This document shows positions 37,725-50,392 of a stretch of DNA of 64,000 bases, one piece after another. This DNA comes from Chrysemys picta bellii. Its lineage: Eukaryota. Both the position numbers and the translations under genes were made by a program. The stretch's first letter is position 1. The number at the start of each line of letters is the position of its first letter. A model generated the notes under the pieces. That model saw only the letters and a program-made list of their open reading frames with translations. It did no database searches and was not told the DNA's origin. The DNA lies in NCBI RefSeq assembly GCF_011386835.1, contig NC_088791.1:183148001-183212000 (forward strand), given 5' to 3'.

Positions 37725-39000
37725 TCCCAATACTCCTGTTAGTCTTAAAGGTGCCACAGGACCCTCTGTTGCTTTTTACAGATTCAGACTAACACGGCTA
37801 CCCCTCTGATATATTTTTATGACCCTCTTTCTATTTTTGAAGCCCTATGAGCAAAAATTACTGTGGTTACTGTCTTAAAAAGAAACAGTTTTCCATTGTT
37901 TTCATAACTGTCTGCATTATCCATACCATGAGGCTGATCCGGTAATCACATACATTTGGGCAGATTTTTGTGCCAGCAGAGAGCCTTGTGGACACATTCA
38001 GTGTCAGGATTGGGCTCCCCATGTATGAAGAACTGATCTTATTAGAGAGACCTCAGCAGATAATGCTTGCTTGGGATGGAATCCTCATGACATTCTACTG
38101 ATAGTGTGCCCCGTTTTTTGTATAAAGTATATTGTGTAAACTGTGGTCATGTTAATTACTTACAAATATGAGCTGTAAAGATCTTAATGGCAACAGTACC
38201 ATACAAGAAATGTGTTCTTTTCATGTTGTTAGCTTGATGCCCTTGGATTGACATCTTTCTTGGCAGTAGCGAGTATTTGTTAGGACAGAAATAGTTAAAA
38301 TGAGCTTATGAGCTAACCTTGAACCATTTAAAGTGTCTAATACTTGAGTGTGGCATGTAAGATCTGCTTGAAAGATGCACATGTTGGATGTCTTGAAGGG
38401 AAATGTTTTTCTACCAGTCTTCCTTGCTTCCAGTCTCTTAGAGCAGTAGGAGGGTAACAAAAAGCTTGAGATTGTAAGGCTTTAAATCATTATAACTATT
38501 CTCTCAGGAAATCTTGATACATTCTCTCTCTTGGCATTGATTTCTTCTCATATAAACTGCTGACAGAGACAAACAACTTTTCTATTATCCAGATGATGTT
38601 TGGCCAAATTTATCCCAGATGTAATGTCATTGACATAACGAGCTAGACTATGGAAATCTTTCATCTGTTTGCTTTTTAGAAAGATTACACTTCTAATTCA
38701 GTTGTGTTGTTTCGACATGACTCTTTTAGAATTGACTGTCACCATTAATACAACAGTGGCTTCACATTCTAGGGGAGAAAATACTTTCTATGCTCAGGGG
38801 ACAAAATTCAACTGTGAATTTCATTACTGTAACCCCCACAGAAATTGCAAGTGTAACTCTGAATGGATTTTTTCAAGATATTTGGTTCATGTAGATTTCT
38901 TTTTGACTGGTCTGGCATCAACTCCAGGCTGGAAAAAATAGGTTAGACACTTGAGCTTTTTCTGGTGTCTTAAAATATAAAGGTGTATTCAGAATATATG

Positions 39001-39400
39001 TATGCAGTATTATTGTAGCTGTGTTGATCCCTGGATATTAGAGAGACAAGATGGATGAGGTAACATCTTTTATTGGGCCAACAGAAATTGGTCTGAATAG
39101 AGATGCTAGATTTATGGTTTATTACAAACAGTCTATAACCACTAACAACTCCCCTTCCTTTCCTCCCTGTGACTAGAGGGGTGTTCACAGGTCACTTCTA
39201 CTTGAATGGTCCCTTGAAATATGTGTTAACTACTTATGTTAAACGATCTCTTCCACCTTTCATTTAATAGTGACAGTCAGAGATAATTTCCCAGATGTGA
39301 AGAGGAGTTTTGAGCTCAAAAGCTTGTCTCTTTCCCCAACAGAACCTAGTCTTGTCTCTCTAATATTCTGGGACCAACACGGCTACAACTACACTGCATA
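39001..39400 (+). mobile_element. Older Penelope-like terminus (second family) with inverted copy
   Basis: About 50-bp imperfect terminal inverted repeats tatgcagtattattgtagctgtgttg... / ...caacacggctacaactacactgcata, and a degenerate hammerhead gtgaagaggag...ctcaaaagcttgtc. Confidence 0.65.
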
Positions 39401-39807
39401 TATCTTTTTAAAAACACTTGTATAGTGAACTTTTTGGGGATTGATGAACTCTTGTCTCACCCTTGAATTGTGCATCTATTACAATCCCAAGATCTATTTT
39501 AGTCTATTTCCCAAAATGTTTTAGGCATAATTACTTAATTCTTTAAAGTACTATCTTCCCCACTATAACGTGCTCTTTGCTTGTTTCAAATATGTTCTTA
39601 CTCTATTTTTAATCACAGTAAATGCAGTCCCAAGAGCTACTGCACATGAAGAGATGAAGCTTCACCACAGAACACAAAACTCAATTCCTTGATCAAGGAA
39701 TTGAACAAACATGCTCATCTACTATGTTATTTTGTTTATATCACATTCATGTTAGTTCAGGCAGGTCATCTGCTCTATTGCCAAAACCTATGTGGTAAAT
39801 AACAGAC

Positions 39808-40021
39808 CAGGGGTCGTCAACGTTTGGCACGCGGCTTGCCAGGGTAAGCACATCGTTTGCCCGCGCCGCTTCCCGCCGCCCCCATTGGCCCGGGACGGCG
39901 AACTGCGGCCAGTGGGGGCCGCAATCGGCCGAACCTGCCGCCTCAGCAGGTAAATAAAACTGCCCCGGCCCGCCAGGGTGCTTACCCTGGCGAGCCGCAT
40001 GCCAAACATTGCCGACCCCTG
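39808..40021. mobile_element. Palindromic hAT MITE, family A copy 4 (internally deleted)
   Basis: Family A TIRs, TSD TAACAGAC/TAATAGAC, 214 bp versus ~330 bp. Confidence 0.92.
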
Positions 40022-43000
40022 TAATAGACCATTAGTTGTTGGGTCTGCATTGTATTTTGAAATCCCCATGGCTTAAAGCTGGAGTTTTGGTCTGTGCCTC
40101 TAAATACTCCGGTCTGCTCATTGATATGGCTACTGTTTGTCAGGAATGAGTTTAATATTTAATTTGGGAGGCCATGCTTCCCTGATCACATTCATAGACC
40201 TCCTCACTGCAGATATTTATACATAGGATGTTATTTAAAGGGAAGTTATTAATTTGTTCAGTCAAATTGTAATCTGTTGGAAAGTCTGCAGGTGATGAGA
40301 AAGGAAGTTTCAACCTTACCTTAGTTTAATATGAGTAATAAATATAGTGATAAATATAAAGCGGGAAAATGATCTGGGAATACAGATTTTCTGTACTGAT
40401 TTGGGCTAACCTGTGTAACCGAATAAATGCCATTTAAACAAATGCTAGTTCCTAGACTGACGTTTTAAACTAACTTTATCCACAGAATATAACTGGCCCT
40501 GGAAAGAATGTATAAAGGAAGATGATAGATGTGATGAGATTAGGGTTTAATCATGATTAGCTGACACAGTGCTGAATGCTTGCTGAGAAGAATGGTGGCT
40601 GGTCAGGTGTCATCAGTACCATTTTGTCTAAACCTGCTCATCACATTAGTGTTTTGGTTTTTTTTTTTCTTTTTCTTTTTTTTTGTGTGTGAAGACAGGT
40701 CCTGAGGTATATATTGGAAACAGGTCATTCCCAGAAACCAGATTTTCCTTGTTGTGTTTTTTCTAAGAAGGACATAAGTCTCTGTTCTGAATGTTCAAAC
40801 CACAGTTGAAGCAGAATTTATACAGCACTAATGAGGCAGTTTGAAAATATCAATATTACAATACAAAGTTAGCTATTTTAAGAAATACAGCAAATACTGT
40901 TTTATAGTTGGTGTTCTTTCCACATTCTTTTAAAATACTTTTTATCTTTAGAAGTTTAAGAAAACCTGGTAGAAAGAGTCTGTGCAGACTGGATGATTGG
41001 CTGGTTGAAGAAGGGGTAGTCGGGTAGATGTATGCCTAGTAGTATGTGTAATAACTAAAACAACACGGTTGATACTCTCTTACTCCTTATGTGCTCATTT
41101 TCATCTTTATAATATTGCAATAAAATGCTATCGTTCTGATATGCTATACACAGGTATAAATTAATACATAAAGGTGTGAGGTGACAGAGTCAGGCTGTAT
41201 ATCTTTCCTTTAGTGCTTGAATTGCAACCTTTCCCCTGGATGTGTAGGAGAAAACTGACAGATGGGCTTGGCTGTCTGCTTATAGTAATACTCTCAATTT
41301 TAGGGTCAGAGATGACAGTCCAGTTGTGATAAAGCACCTTAACATAAAAGGGTTTGTGTAAAATAGAAGCCAATGATCCAATGGCATCTTTGGGCTGTGC
41401 ACCGAACAGCATGCCAAAGCCTGCAAGTTATGACCTAATGTGCTGATATAAGAATATATCTTATTAGAATTTCATCTTGTGGTAAGTGGTGGTGTAGTAG
41501 GTTTCAAAGTTGTAATGGAACAAAATATCAAGGTCGCTGTGCTGATCTATGACTTTATATAAATGCTTGGTTAGTAAGATATGACTCTGTAACTGTCTGC
41601 TTTCTCTTATATTAGATGACTCGTTTTTTTTTTCACTCTTCCATTTATTGGCTTTTTCCTTTTTCTTCTTTTAAACTTATCTGGATTTTTCATCTGAATT
41701 TAGTGTTTGAGAAAGGTGACTTATTGACAACTCTGGAGCCTGCAGTCCTCTATCCACAGAACAGGCAAAAGAATTGCAAGTTTCCATTCAGTTACTGGCC
41801 TCTTTGCTGAAACTGTCAGTGGTGCCAGTTGTACAGATCACAAAACCATCACATCTGTCCATTGGGGATTGGACTGAAAATACCAGACTAATTTCACATA
41901 TGTCACTTGTTGGATAGTCTGACTTTCTTGATGTGTGATGCCATTGCTGCATTCAGTTTTTCATTTCCTTATGATGCTGGAAACAAATAGAGTGGTTAGT
42001 AGTTCCAAATTTCTCTTATTCCTGTATTTGCAATTTGTTCCTTGTGATCAGTAAGAGGTAGATCCTGGATTATATCTACTCTAGTTGTTGTCTCAGCTTA
42101 TTATCTAGAAAGTCATTGTTCGTTATTCCTCTTAACCTGACAAGGTGCAGATGTAAGATGCAATGGATCACAAACACACAAAATGAAGGTGTTTTTTTTC
42201 ATTCAGTAAACTTGAAATGCAGTAGGATTACTTCAATCAGTGTAAAGAACTCTTTCTATAACTGCAATTTCATGATTGTGTATTTCTAATGCAAATCCAC
42301 AATAAAAATGAGGGGATTCCAAATAGTATGGAGCATAAGTAGCCTTGTGATTAACATGAGTGATCTCCCTTGAAATGAGACACTTAAAAGATAAGTGTCT
42401 TCTATGTAATTTAAGAAGCTCTTTTGATGTTGCCTGGTTGTTTAACTGTTTGCTACTTAAAATACCCCATGAACATAGTAAGCTGTGGTTTTTAGAATAC
42501 GTTGAGAGTTGGTCCCAGGATTTGTTGTTGTTGTTATTCTCTCTCTCCTGGTGGTCTATGACAACTCCATTTTTTTTCACCTTTATTTTCCAACATATTT
42601 CTCCACCATTTTGTGGTCAAAATGTAGCTCTCTAAGAACTTCTTTGATATCTAGGCTGTCTACACAACAGAACTGAAACATCCCTTGATTGAACCACTGA
42701 GATGGTACCAATTTTTAGCACAAATCATTCATTCTGACATTTAGTTATATTGATTTGTGCCCTGAAACATTGCAGTTTTGCACTGTGTCCACACTGGAAT
42801 ACTCTAAACCACTGCAATTTGAACACTCTCTGGGAACCTATCCTAGAGTTCCCAGCAGAGCTTCCACATATGGTGGATTCCAGGAGACCGCAAAAGCAAA
42901 ATATGCATCACACATGGAATGAGTATCTGAACTCGTTCAATGAAACCTATTTACTGAAGTCCACTCTGGCAATAAACTCAAACTGAACCAGTATTTAACA

Positions 43001-44340
43001 CAGCCGAGAGTAAATATTATTTGGCACAAACATAAATTGTTTGGAGTTCTTTTAAGCATGATAGAAGGATCACAAAGCCATTTTTAAAATGTTGACAAGG
43101 TTATAAAACCATTTACTAATTATTTGTATTATAGTGAGTAGAGGGCTCAATTATGACAAGGGCCCCATTGATCTATGAAGAGTATAAATACATCCCTCTC
43201 CAAAGAACTTAAAATCTAAATAGAAAAGACAGAACAGGTTGAGGGTGGGGGAGTTCATCCTCCACCTATTTACTTTGTCTACCTCTTGTACATTTTAACC
43301 TTCTGATTATGTCACCAAGTTTTTATTTTGTTTTAGACTATATTTTCCATCATTTAAGGGGATTTCTTATTTCCCATCCTCTTTGAATGTATATATTTTA
43401 GTATATTTGCTCTTATTTAGAAGAACACATCTCTTTTTAATTAGAGTTATTCCATAGAGCCTCACCAGTTTGCATCTCGCTAATCGGTTTGTCCCATTAA
43501 TTGCACACCTATTCTGACCGCCTCCGCCAGCTTCTAAGCAGAGATTTAATAGCAGAGTGCACTGTTGAAATTTCATTATCAAGAAACAACCACTTCTTAC
43601 TAAATACAGAAAAAAATAACTGTTGCATTATCTTTATTTTATCAAAATGTATTGTTTAGCCACCATATTGTGATGAGGTTATTCAGAGTGTCAGTCATTC
43701 CTCCAAATTACTGAGGTACTGTTGTATTAGTATTTCTAGTCAAATCTCCAATTTTCTAGCACAGTTTAATTAAAGTTGTGTTTTAATGAAAAATGAAGTA
43801 TGCTTTTAAGAGAGAATTGGATTTTTTACACACTTCTGTTAAATAAAATGTGAGCTTAATGCTTGTTAAGTTTCACTGCAACTGCCTTAAAACTTTGGTT
43901 GTTCCCTTCCGTCATATAAAATACCTTTTCAAAAAGTGTTTTGAATTTCCACTCTTAATGTAAGAGGAAAATATACAAAATTAAACACTTAATAATGAAT
44001 AGTGAAGTTGGAGTGGAAACATCTGCTGGCAGTTAGGTCCTAGCTGATAGCCTGCTATGGTTATATCAGGATCAGCATGATCAAGCAAATGATCATTTCA
44101 ACTGTTTAAAAAAAAAAAAGCGAGAAAGAGAAGATTAAATATACTTGTTTATCTACTTCTAAAATTACTATGTACTAGGAATGGGTGAATCCATTGGAAT
44201 TTATCCAGAGTTAATTCTGTATGGGCTGATTCCAGTTAAAACCATTACAGTTGTCAGACAGAATCCAAAAATATTCTTCTGTATTTAGGATGCTTCTTGT
44301 TACTCTGCTCTTCTTACCATCAAGGGCTAACGTTATAATG

Positions 44341-44566
44341 CAGGGGTTGGCAACGTTTGGCACGCGGCTCGCCAGGGTAAGAACCCTGGCTAGCACATCG
44401 CTCGCCCGCGCCGCTTCCCGCCGCCCCCATTGGCCCAGGACGGTGAACCGTGGCCAGTGGGGGCCGCGATCAGCTGAACCTGCCACATCAGGAGGTAAAT
44501 AAAACTGGCCCGGCCCGCCAGGGTGCTTACCCTGGCGAGCCGCATGCCAAATGTTGCCGACCCCTG
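44341..44566. mobile_element. Palindromic hAT MITE, family A copy 5 (internally deleted)
   Basis: Family A TIRs, perfect TSD TTATAATG, 226 bp. Confidence 0.92.
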
Positions 44567-44697
44567 TTATAATGCTTATTCTTGAGTTAATCCTGCCCTG
44601 AATAGAAGTGTGAGAATGCCTTTTCTTTCTCCCTGATGCATTGCAGCCATGGAACAACAGAGATGTCCAACAGTGAACAAAGCAAGATATCAGTAGG

Positions 44698-45152
44698 CAG
44701 AGCTGTCCCTTGGGTACGGCGAATCTAGGTGACCGTTCTGGGCCCTGTGCTTTTGGGGACCCCACAGGCAGGGAAGTGCGATGGGAGGAGTGTGAGCGAG
44801 GGGGTGAGGAGGTGAACAGGGAGGTGACAGGTAGGTGGGGGGGGGGGGGCGAGAAAGAGCCCCCCTACCAGAACCTCCCCCTCCCCGCAGCGCCTGCTGC
44901 AGTTCAGATATTTCGTGGCATAAGTAGGCATGGGGAGGGGAGGGGAAGGGAGAGCAGTGAGGGTGCAGCGCACTTGGGGAAGGGGGAGAGGAACTGGGCA
45001 GGAAAGAGACGGGGCGGAAAGAAGCAGGGGGGCCTAGGGGGAAGGGATGGAATGGGAGTAGGGCCTGGGCAGAGGGGGGGAGAGCACCCCCCAGCAGATA
45101 GGCGCTGAGTTTCTGATGGCCCAGGCCCCGGACACCCCTAGCGACGGCCCTG
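44698..45152. mobile_element. hAT MITE (CAGGGCCGTC-type) with G-rich core
   Basis: Ends cagagctgtccct / ctagcgacggccctg, perfect TSD TCAGTAGG. Confidence 0.85.
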
Positions 45153-45355
45153 TCAGTAGGTGCTTTTTTTTTTTTTTCAATTAAACACTGATATCAAGAA
45201 GGGGAGGAAGAAGAGAAAGATACAGTAGATGTCACATGGGACAAGGACCAAGAGGGTAAGAGTAGGCAATCCTGGAAGACCATATAACTTGCTTTAGCTG
45301 TTATCCAGTTCATTAGACTCAGTGCTTCTATCAGGGCTACACTCATGTCTGTAAA

Positions 45356-46700
45356 TCAACTGGGGTTCACTTTCAAAAATGATATACTCTCTGCTTCTTT
45401 GGATACCAACCTGTTTTTTTTATGACTGCAAAGTCATCTTCTGATATGTTAGACTCATTCAGAACATTTGCTTGTTGGTAGAGAATTTAAGAATTCAAAA
45501 AGTGAACTGGCAAGATCAGGTCAATATGACTCCTTCCAGTAATAAAATGAATAGCTCACGTTATATTGAAGCTATTCATGACAGGAACAGCAAAGCATTT
45601 TGAGAACAAAACACTTTGAGAACAAATTGCTCATTTTGTTGCTGGCATACCATTGAAGAAGCTTGTGAAAATCATCTCCAAAGGCTGACGTGTGAACTCT
45701 TAAATTAGGAATTGCTCCTACTAGTGCTTCTGGGAAATCTTAAGCAGAGAAAGGAACTGAAAGCTGTTGGAGGAGTTGCTGCTGATGCTGTGCCCAGTTC
45801 CTCAAAAGATTATTCTTTACTTAGTAGTTTTTTGATCCTGCCTAAGTGTCTGAAGATTCCTAACTTTCACAATGCAATGTATGTCTTTCAATTCAAATGC
45901 AAACTGTGCAAACATAAGCCATTAGTGTGACTAGCACATAAAATAAGGGTTTTGATCACCTTGCTAAACTAGAACTTACCCTACATCTGATCAGTCACAT
46001 TCTGAAAGCTAGTGTTGGGATCTCTAATGAATATTTGTGCTTCAGGTAAATTAATTGATCAAAATCAATTTGAGGTTCCAGAAGCTTATTGTGTTAAGTG
46101 ACTCAAGGAAGCTGACTTAGAAGGTATCTCTCTTCAAGGCAAATGACTATACCTATATGTTGAATCAAATTCCATTGAAGAAGGGATACATACTTTTTTT
46201 TAAACAATAATCATACATTTTTATTTCTGTTCAGAAAGATGTAATTCCACCTTGTATTCACATCCCGTTACAGTTTGTTTTGCCTCTACGTTAAACTATA
46301 TTCAGCCCGAAGAAGACTCTTTCTTGGCAGTTGAGACTGCCAGACATTTTTCAACAAACTAAATACAAGATGTGAAACTTGCCACCTGTAAGTCCGCCGT
46401 CCTTAACAACTTTAGCAATGTCTGCACCATTGCCTCTAACACTGTACTCTGACATACTTGAATAAAAGAACGGATTTCTTCTTCATCGTGGCTGATGCTC
46501 TTGCAGGTTGAAACCTCTTGACCTTTTTAAAAATGGACTTTGAGATGTAGCAATGCCATTGTCCAGCCACGTGGAAGATACAGACACATGAGGCAATGCA
46601 TGTGGTTTAAATAGGCCATAGTTTTATTCACCTAAAATATTTGGGAATACCTAGCAATTAACTGTAAAGTGCAGGTCATCATTATTTACTTTATCATTTC
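45356..46700 (-). pseudogene. Fossil hAT (Ac/ZBED4-like) transposase
   Basis: Motifs in correct order on the minus strand: LHFTVNC* (first catalytic D region), RGNGADIAKVVKDGG (DNxxN region), RDVNTRWNYI (TRWNS), PTSKCSE*V (SxxSERxFS) and FLKVNP*. Many stops and frameshifts. Confidence 0.75.
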
Positions 46701-47054
46701 CAACTATTTTGGAGGTCTGCTGTCAGTCCTTTCCCCTCCCAACATGGTGTCAGCCAGCCCATTTATGGCCCCTTGCCACCCTTCCCTTGTATAGGTGTTA
46801 AGGGGGCTGAAGAGGAAGGAAGGAAGTGGCTCCCTGCGGTACCAGACATTAAGAGCTCAGGGCCCTCCTCTAGCTTCCTCAAGGGCTGTTTTCCTCTAAA
46901 TCCCCTTCCAATCCATTTTATCTGGTCAGTGTCCCTTCCATAATCCTGCACTGGACATCTGTCACATTTTTGGTTAAGTTGTAACATTTTGACCAAATGA
47001 CTCTGAAGCACTGAGGGGGAGACAACTTCCCCTCCCCTCCCACACACACACATT

Positions 47055-47380
47055 GGCCAACCTGGCTGTGAGGGAAAAATTCCTAACACAACCCCAAGGA
47101 AAGAGGATGATCAGTATAATACCCCCATAAATTATGAAGAAACCAGTTCTACCCTGACTACATAGATGAGAGAGTGAGTATTGCCAGCCTGATCTGAGTG
47201 TGAGAGGGCTCCTCCAGAACTGCCCCATTGTAGAAATACCACCCTGCCTCTGGTCACCTGGAAGGGCAGTGTCCCTCCATCTGGTCCAGCCACTTCCTGT
47301 TTCTCCTTGCTCCATCCAGGTAAAGCTTTCCCTCTGCCACTAGTTCTAAAAGGAGCCATTATCAGGCAGCAAACCCTTTT
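47055..47380 (-). mobile_element. Very old CR1-like fragment
   Basis: gagggaaaaattcct...acccca...gatcagt resembles reverse-strand CR1 ORF2 3' sequence. Heavily diverged. Confidence 0.35.
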
Positions 47381-50300
47381 TATTTGGCCAGCCAGTCAAA
47401 GGATCCACCACATACAGCTGCGGTGAGCACATTTTCAGTGGGTCAAATGTTAACACTAGATAAAGACAAAAATGGGCGACAAGCAATGATAGATAATCAA
47501 GTGTCCATACAATCAAATGTAAACTCTTCCCTCACCCCTTTTGTGTGCCTACATGAACATGTGACCTGATTGAGAATGGGATATATAAAAATAAGGAATT
47601 GTATTGGAAGAGAAGTGACTTAAGGAATTAATTAGACTGACTCTTCATGTTGTTGATGCTAACAAAGTGTTGACGACCATAGCTCTACTTTTTTACTTTT
47701 TTCATAATGTATCTCTTTCTGTGATGTTTACTTATCGTCAGAAATCCATGGTGAGTGGCTTAATGGTTTTTTGAGTAACACTCCAAGAATATAAAGAATC
47801 TTTACCTCTGTTTTATTTATTTATTTTTTTTAGCTGTAATGATTCAGCAAAGGCTAACTTTGCTAACCAAGAAGACCTACCATGCATGACTTTTTGTGTG
47901 TGTGTGGTGGTGGTAGTTGCTGTAGGTTCACATGAATGCAGAGTTGTCAACTCTTGTTACTTTTAAAGCCTCTACTTCTTAAGTCAGGTGAGTGTGGGAG
48001 AATCTCACTTTGTATTTTAAAAAGATACAATTCTAGCCCTTGTGGTTCCAGAAGAAAGCTTGACAACATGATTGAAAGCATTAATATAACATAAAAGCTG
48101 AAAAAAACAGTAGGCAAAGAGCACAGCATTTTAAAATATCAATTTTAAGCCAATCTCATAATTGTTTGGGTCCTGACTTGTGATTTGGGTTTGGTAATAC
48201 TGTAAACTAAGGGTTCTGCTTCAACTGATTGAAAAGACTCTGTAACTGCAAGTGTAGCCAGGGCCAAACTACTCCAGCACTTTTTCAGTAACTATGGTTG
48301 AATCTGCAAGGGCTAGACTAAATGGAATCTATTTTTTTCTAAACTTTCTCACCTTACTACCATTATTGGTGCAGCTCCATAGGTGGTAGGATTGGTTGGA
48401 GCTCTGGTGTAGTCAAAGCACAAGAAGCCTCTGGTCTTTTAATCATGAACAGGTTTAATTGGCACATAGTTAAGATGCCAGCAGCCTGACTAAATGGGAG
48501 CTTCCACTATTGCTACCACAGAAGGTGGTGAACTAGAGGAAGAGAAGTGATGGTAATTTTGAAGAAATATGCTAGTATAGTGACGCAGTCAGAATGAGTC
48601 TCAACCACACTTTCTGAAATATTGCTAAACGTTGTTTGGTCTTGCCTCCACTTGCAGTTAAACAAGCTTCTGCATTAGCTGTCAGAAAAGAGTCAATTTC
48701 CTAGTATAGACAAGGCTTAACTATGTAGGCCACATCATGAAGAGACAATGCAATTGGTGTGACAGGCAGAATGACAGTGTGGGTAGAATTTGTTCAGCTT
48801 CATATACTCATCTAAAACTGATATAATAGAGGCTGCAGAGAAGGGTATACTGTTAGTTGATTCTGGTCTTTACTTGCAGATACGAAAGTGCTCCTCTATG
48901 AATTACTAGTAATACAACCATATCTTGTAAGGGGCAAAAATTTTGTTATTTTTAGTACTTCTAGTTTTATCTTGTACCAAGAGCAGTAGAAGGCAAGTCT
49001 CCTGTTTTGTTTTGTTTTTTTGGGGGGGGGGGGTGTGGATTCCAAATCATTGGCTTTCAGATTTAGAAGTTGATTTGATACGAGTGTTCCTATCTCTTTT
49101 CAGTATAAACAACCGCCTTAGCACCCTACTGCACTACATTATCAAATTCTTCCTACCTGGAATACTGATACCTGTAGCAATAGCCAACCTTTCCTTTTGT
49201 ACAAAAACCTGAATGGAATAAATAATTTGTGCGCCCTCATAGAATTTCTGGTTTTGTCCATCAACAAATAATGCAGTAGAGTTTCTTGGATGTGGAAAAC
49301 TGACATATTCTGTGTTGGGGAGGTTGATTCTCTCAAAAGCCCTGTGACAGGCATAAACTGTCAAGACTCCCTCAAAAGGAAGTGATAGCATAAGGAGGTC
49401 ACCTCTGAATTGAGCAGCCCTGTAATGTTAATAGTAGCTTTGTAACACAGCATAGCAGTAAATAGTAGTATGAAGTAGGTGGCACAGCAATTATGTAGCC
49501 TTAGGTATAGCAAAAGAGGTATACCCCACACTTTCCTTTCCACAGCCTTCCACCCTGAAAAAGTAGTGGTGGCCCAAGTGATTGCCATTATTAATGGTGT
49601 AACTTTTTATAAATTATCAGTAGGGGTAACATTGACTTGCTGGAAATGTATTCTAGACATCACAACTAGTGTATGCAGTATTATGACATGGTATGCAGAA
49701 TGATAAGCAACATATGGTAGGAAAAAAAAATAAGTGGAAAAGCACATGTAATACTGGTCTTATGGGATAGAGGAACATAGGCAGGTATATCATTTGGGCC
49801 AAATACAGGTCACCTAATTTAAGGGAAATACAGTATATAACTTTTGAAACCAGAAATTGTCTATCCAAAGCAGAAGCACAGGACATGTCTGTTTTAGGTT
49901 GGGAGATAAGAATACAACAACACAAAATAAAAAGCAATAGAGGCTCTGCTTAATTGAACAAATGTATCCATAGCATCTAGATAACATAATGGTGCAACTG
50001 CTGGAAGAAAATGTGCAATAGGTGATAATACTAGTGTGTAGATGATCATAGTTTGAAGCTGTGACTCTTTTCAAAGACTTGGATTTATACATGTGGGTAC
50101 TGTATACCCTTTGGAACGTATTTTAAGCTCCCTCACATTAGAGTAACTTCACTTATCCAGGGGGTTACACTGGATTTACATTTGTATAATATCAGAATAT
50201 GTTCTTCTTATATAGCTAATATTTTACTGCACGCTTACAGCTGCAGCCCAGCAGATTATCAACAACAGCATAACAGTGTAATTGATAGCACTATAAGTGC

Positions 50301-50392
50301 CTCATTGTGTTTCATAGTACAGTATTGAGGAGAGACCGAAAGAAAACTCGGCCAATAAGTTAGAGTGAAACAAATGGCAGCTCTGTATAGAC

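Larger units (their letters stand above)
37111..37811 (+). mobile_element. Penelope-like element 3' end with long inverted duplication
   Basis: The + strand from ~37455 encodes RTRLQRETAELQFICKFDTIRSGLNKDCEW (GIY-YIG endonuclease C-terminal type), then a hammerhead motif and the PLE terminus. 37111-37431 is the reverse complement of 37458-37780. Confidence 0.9.
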
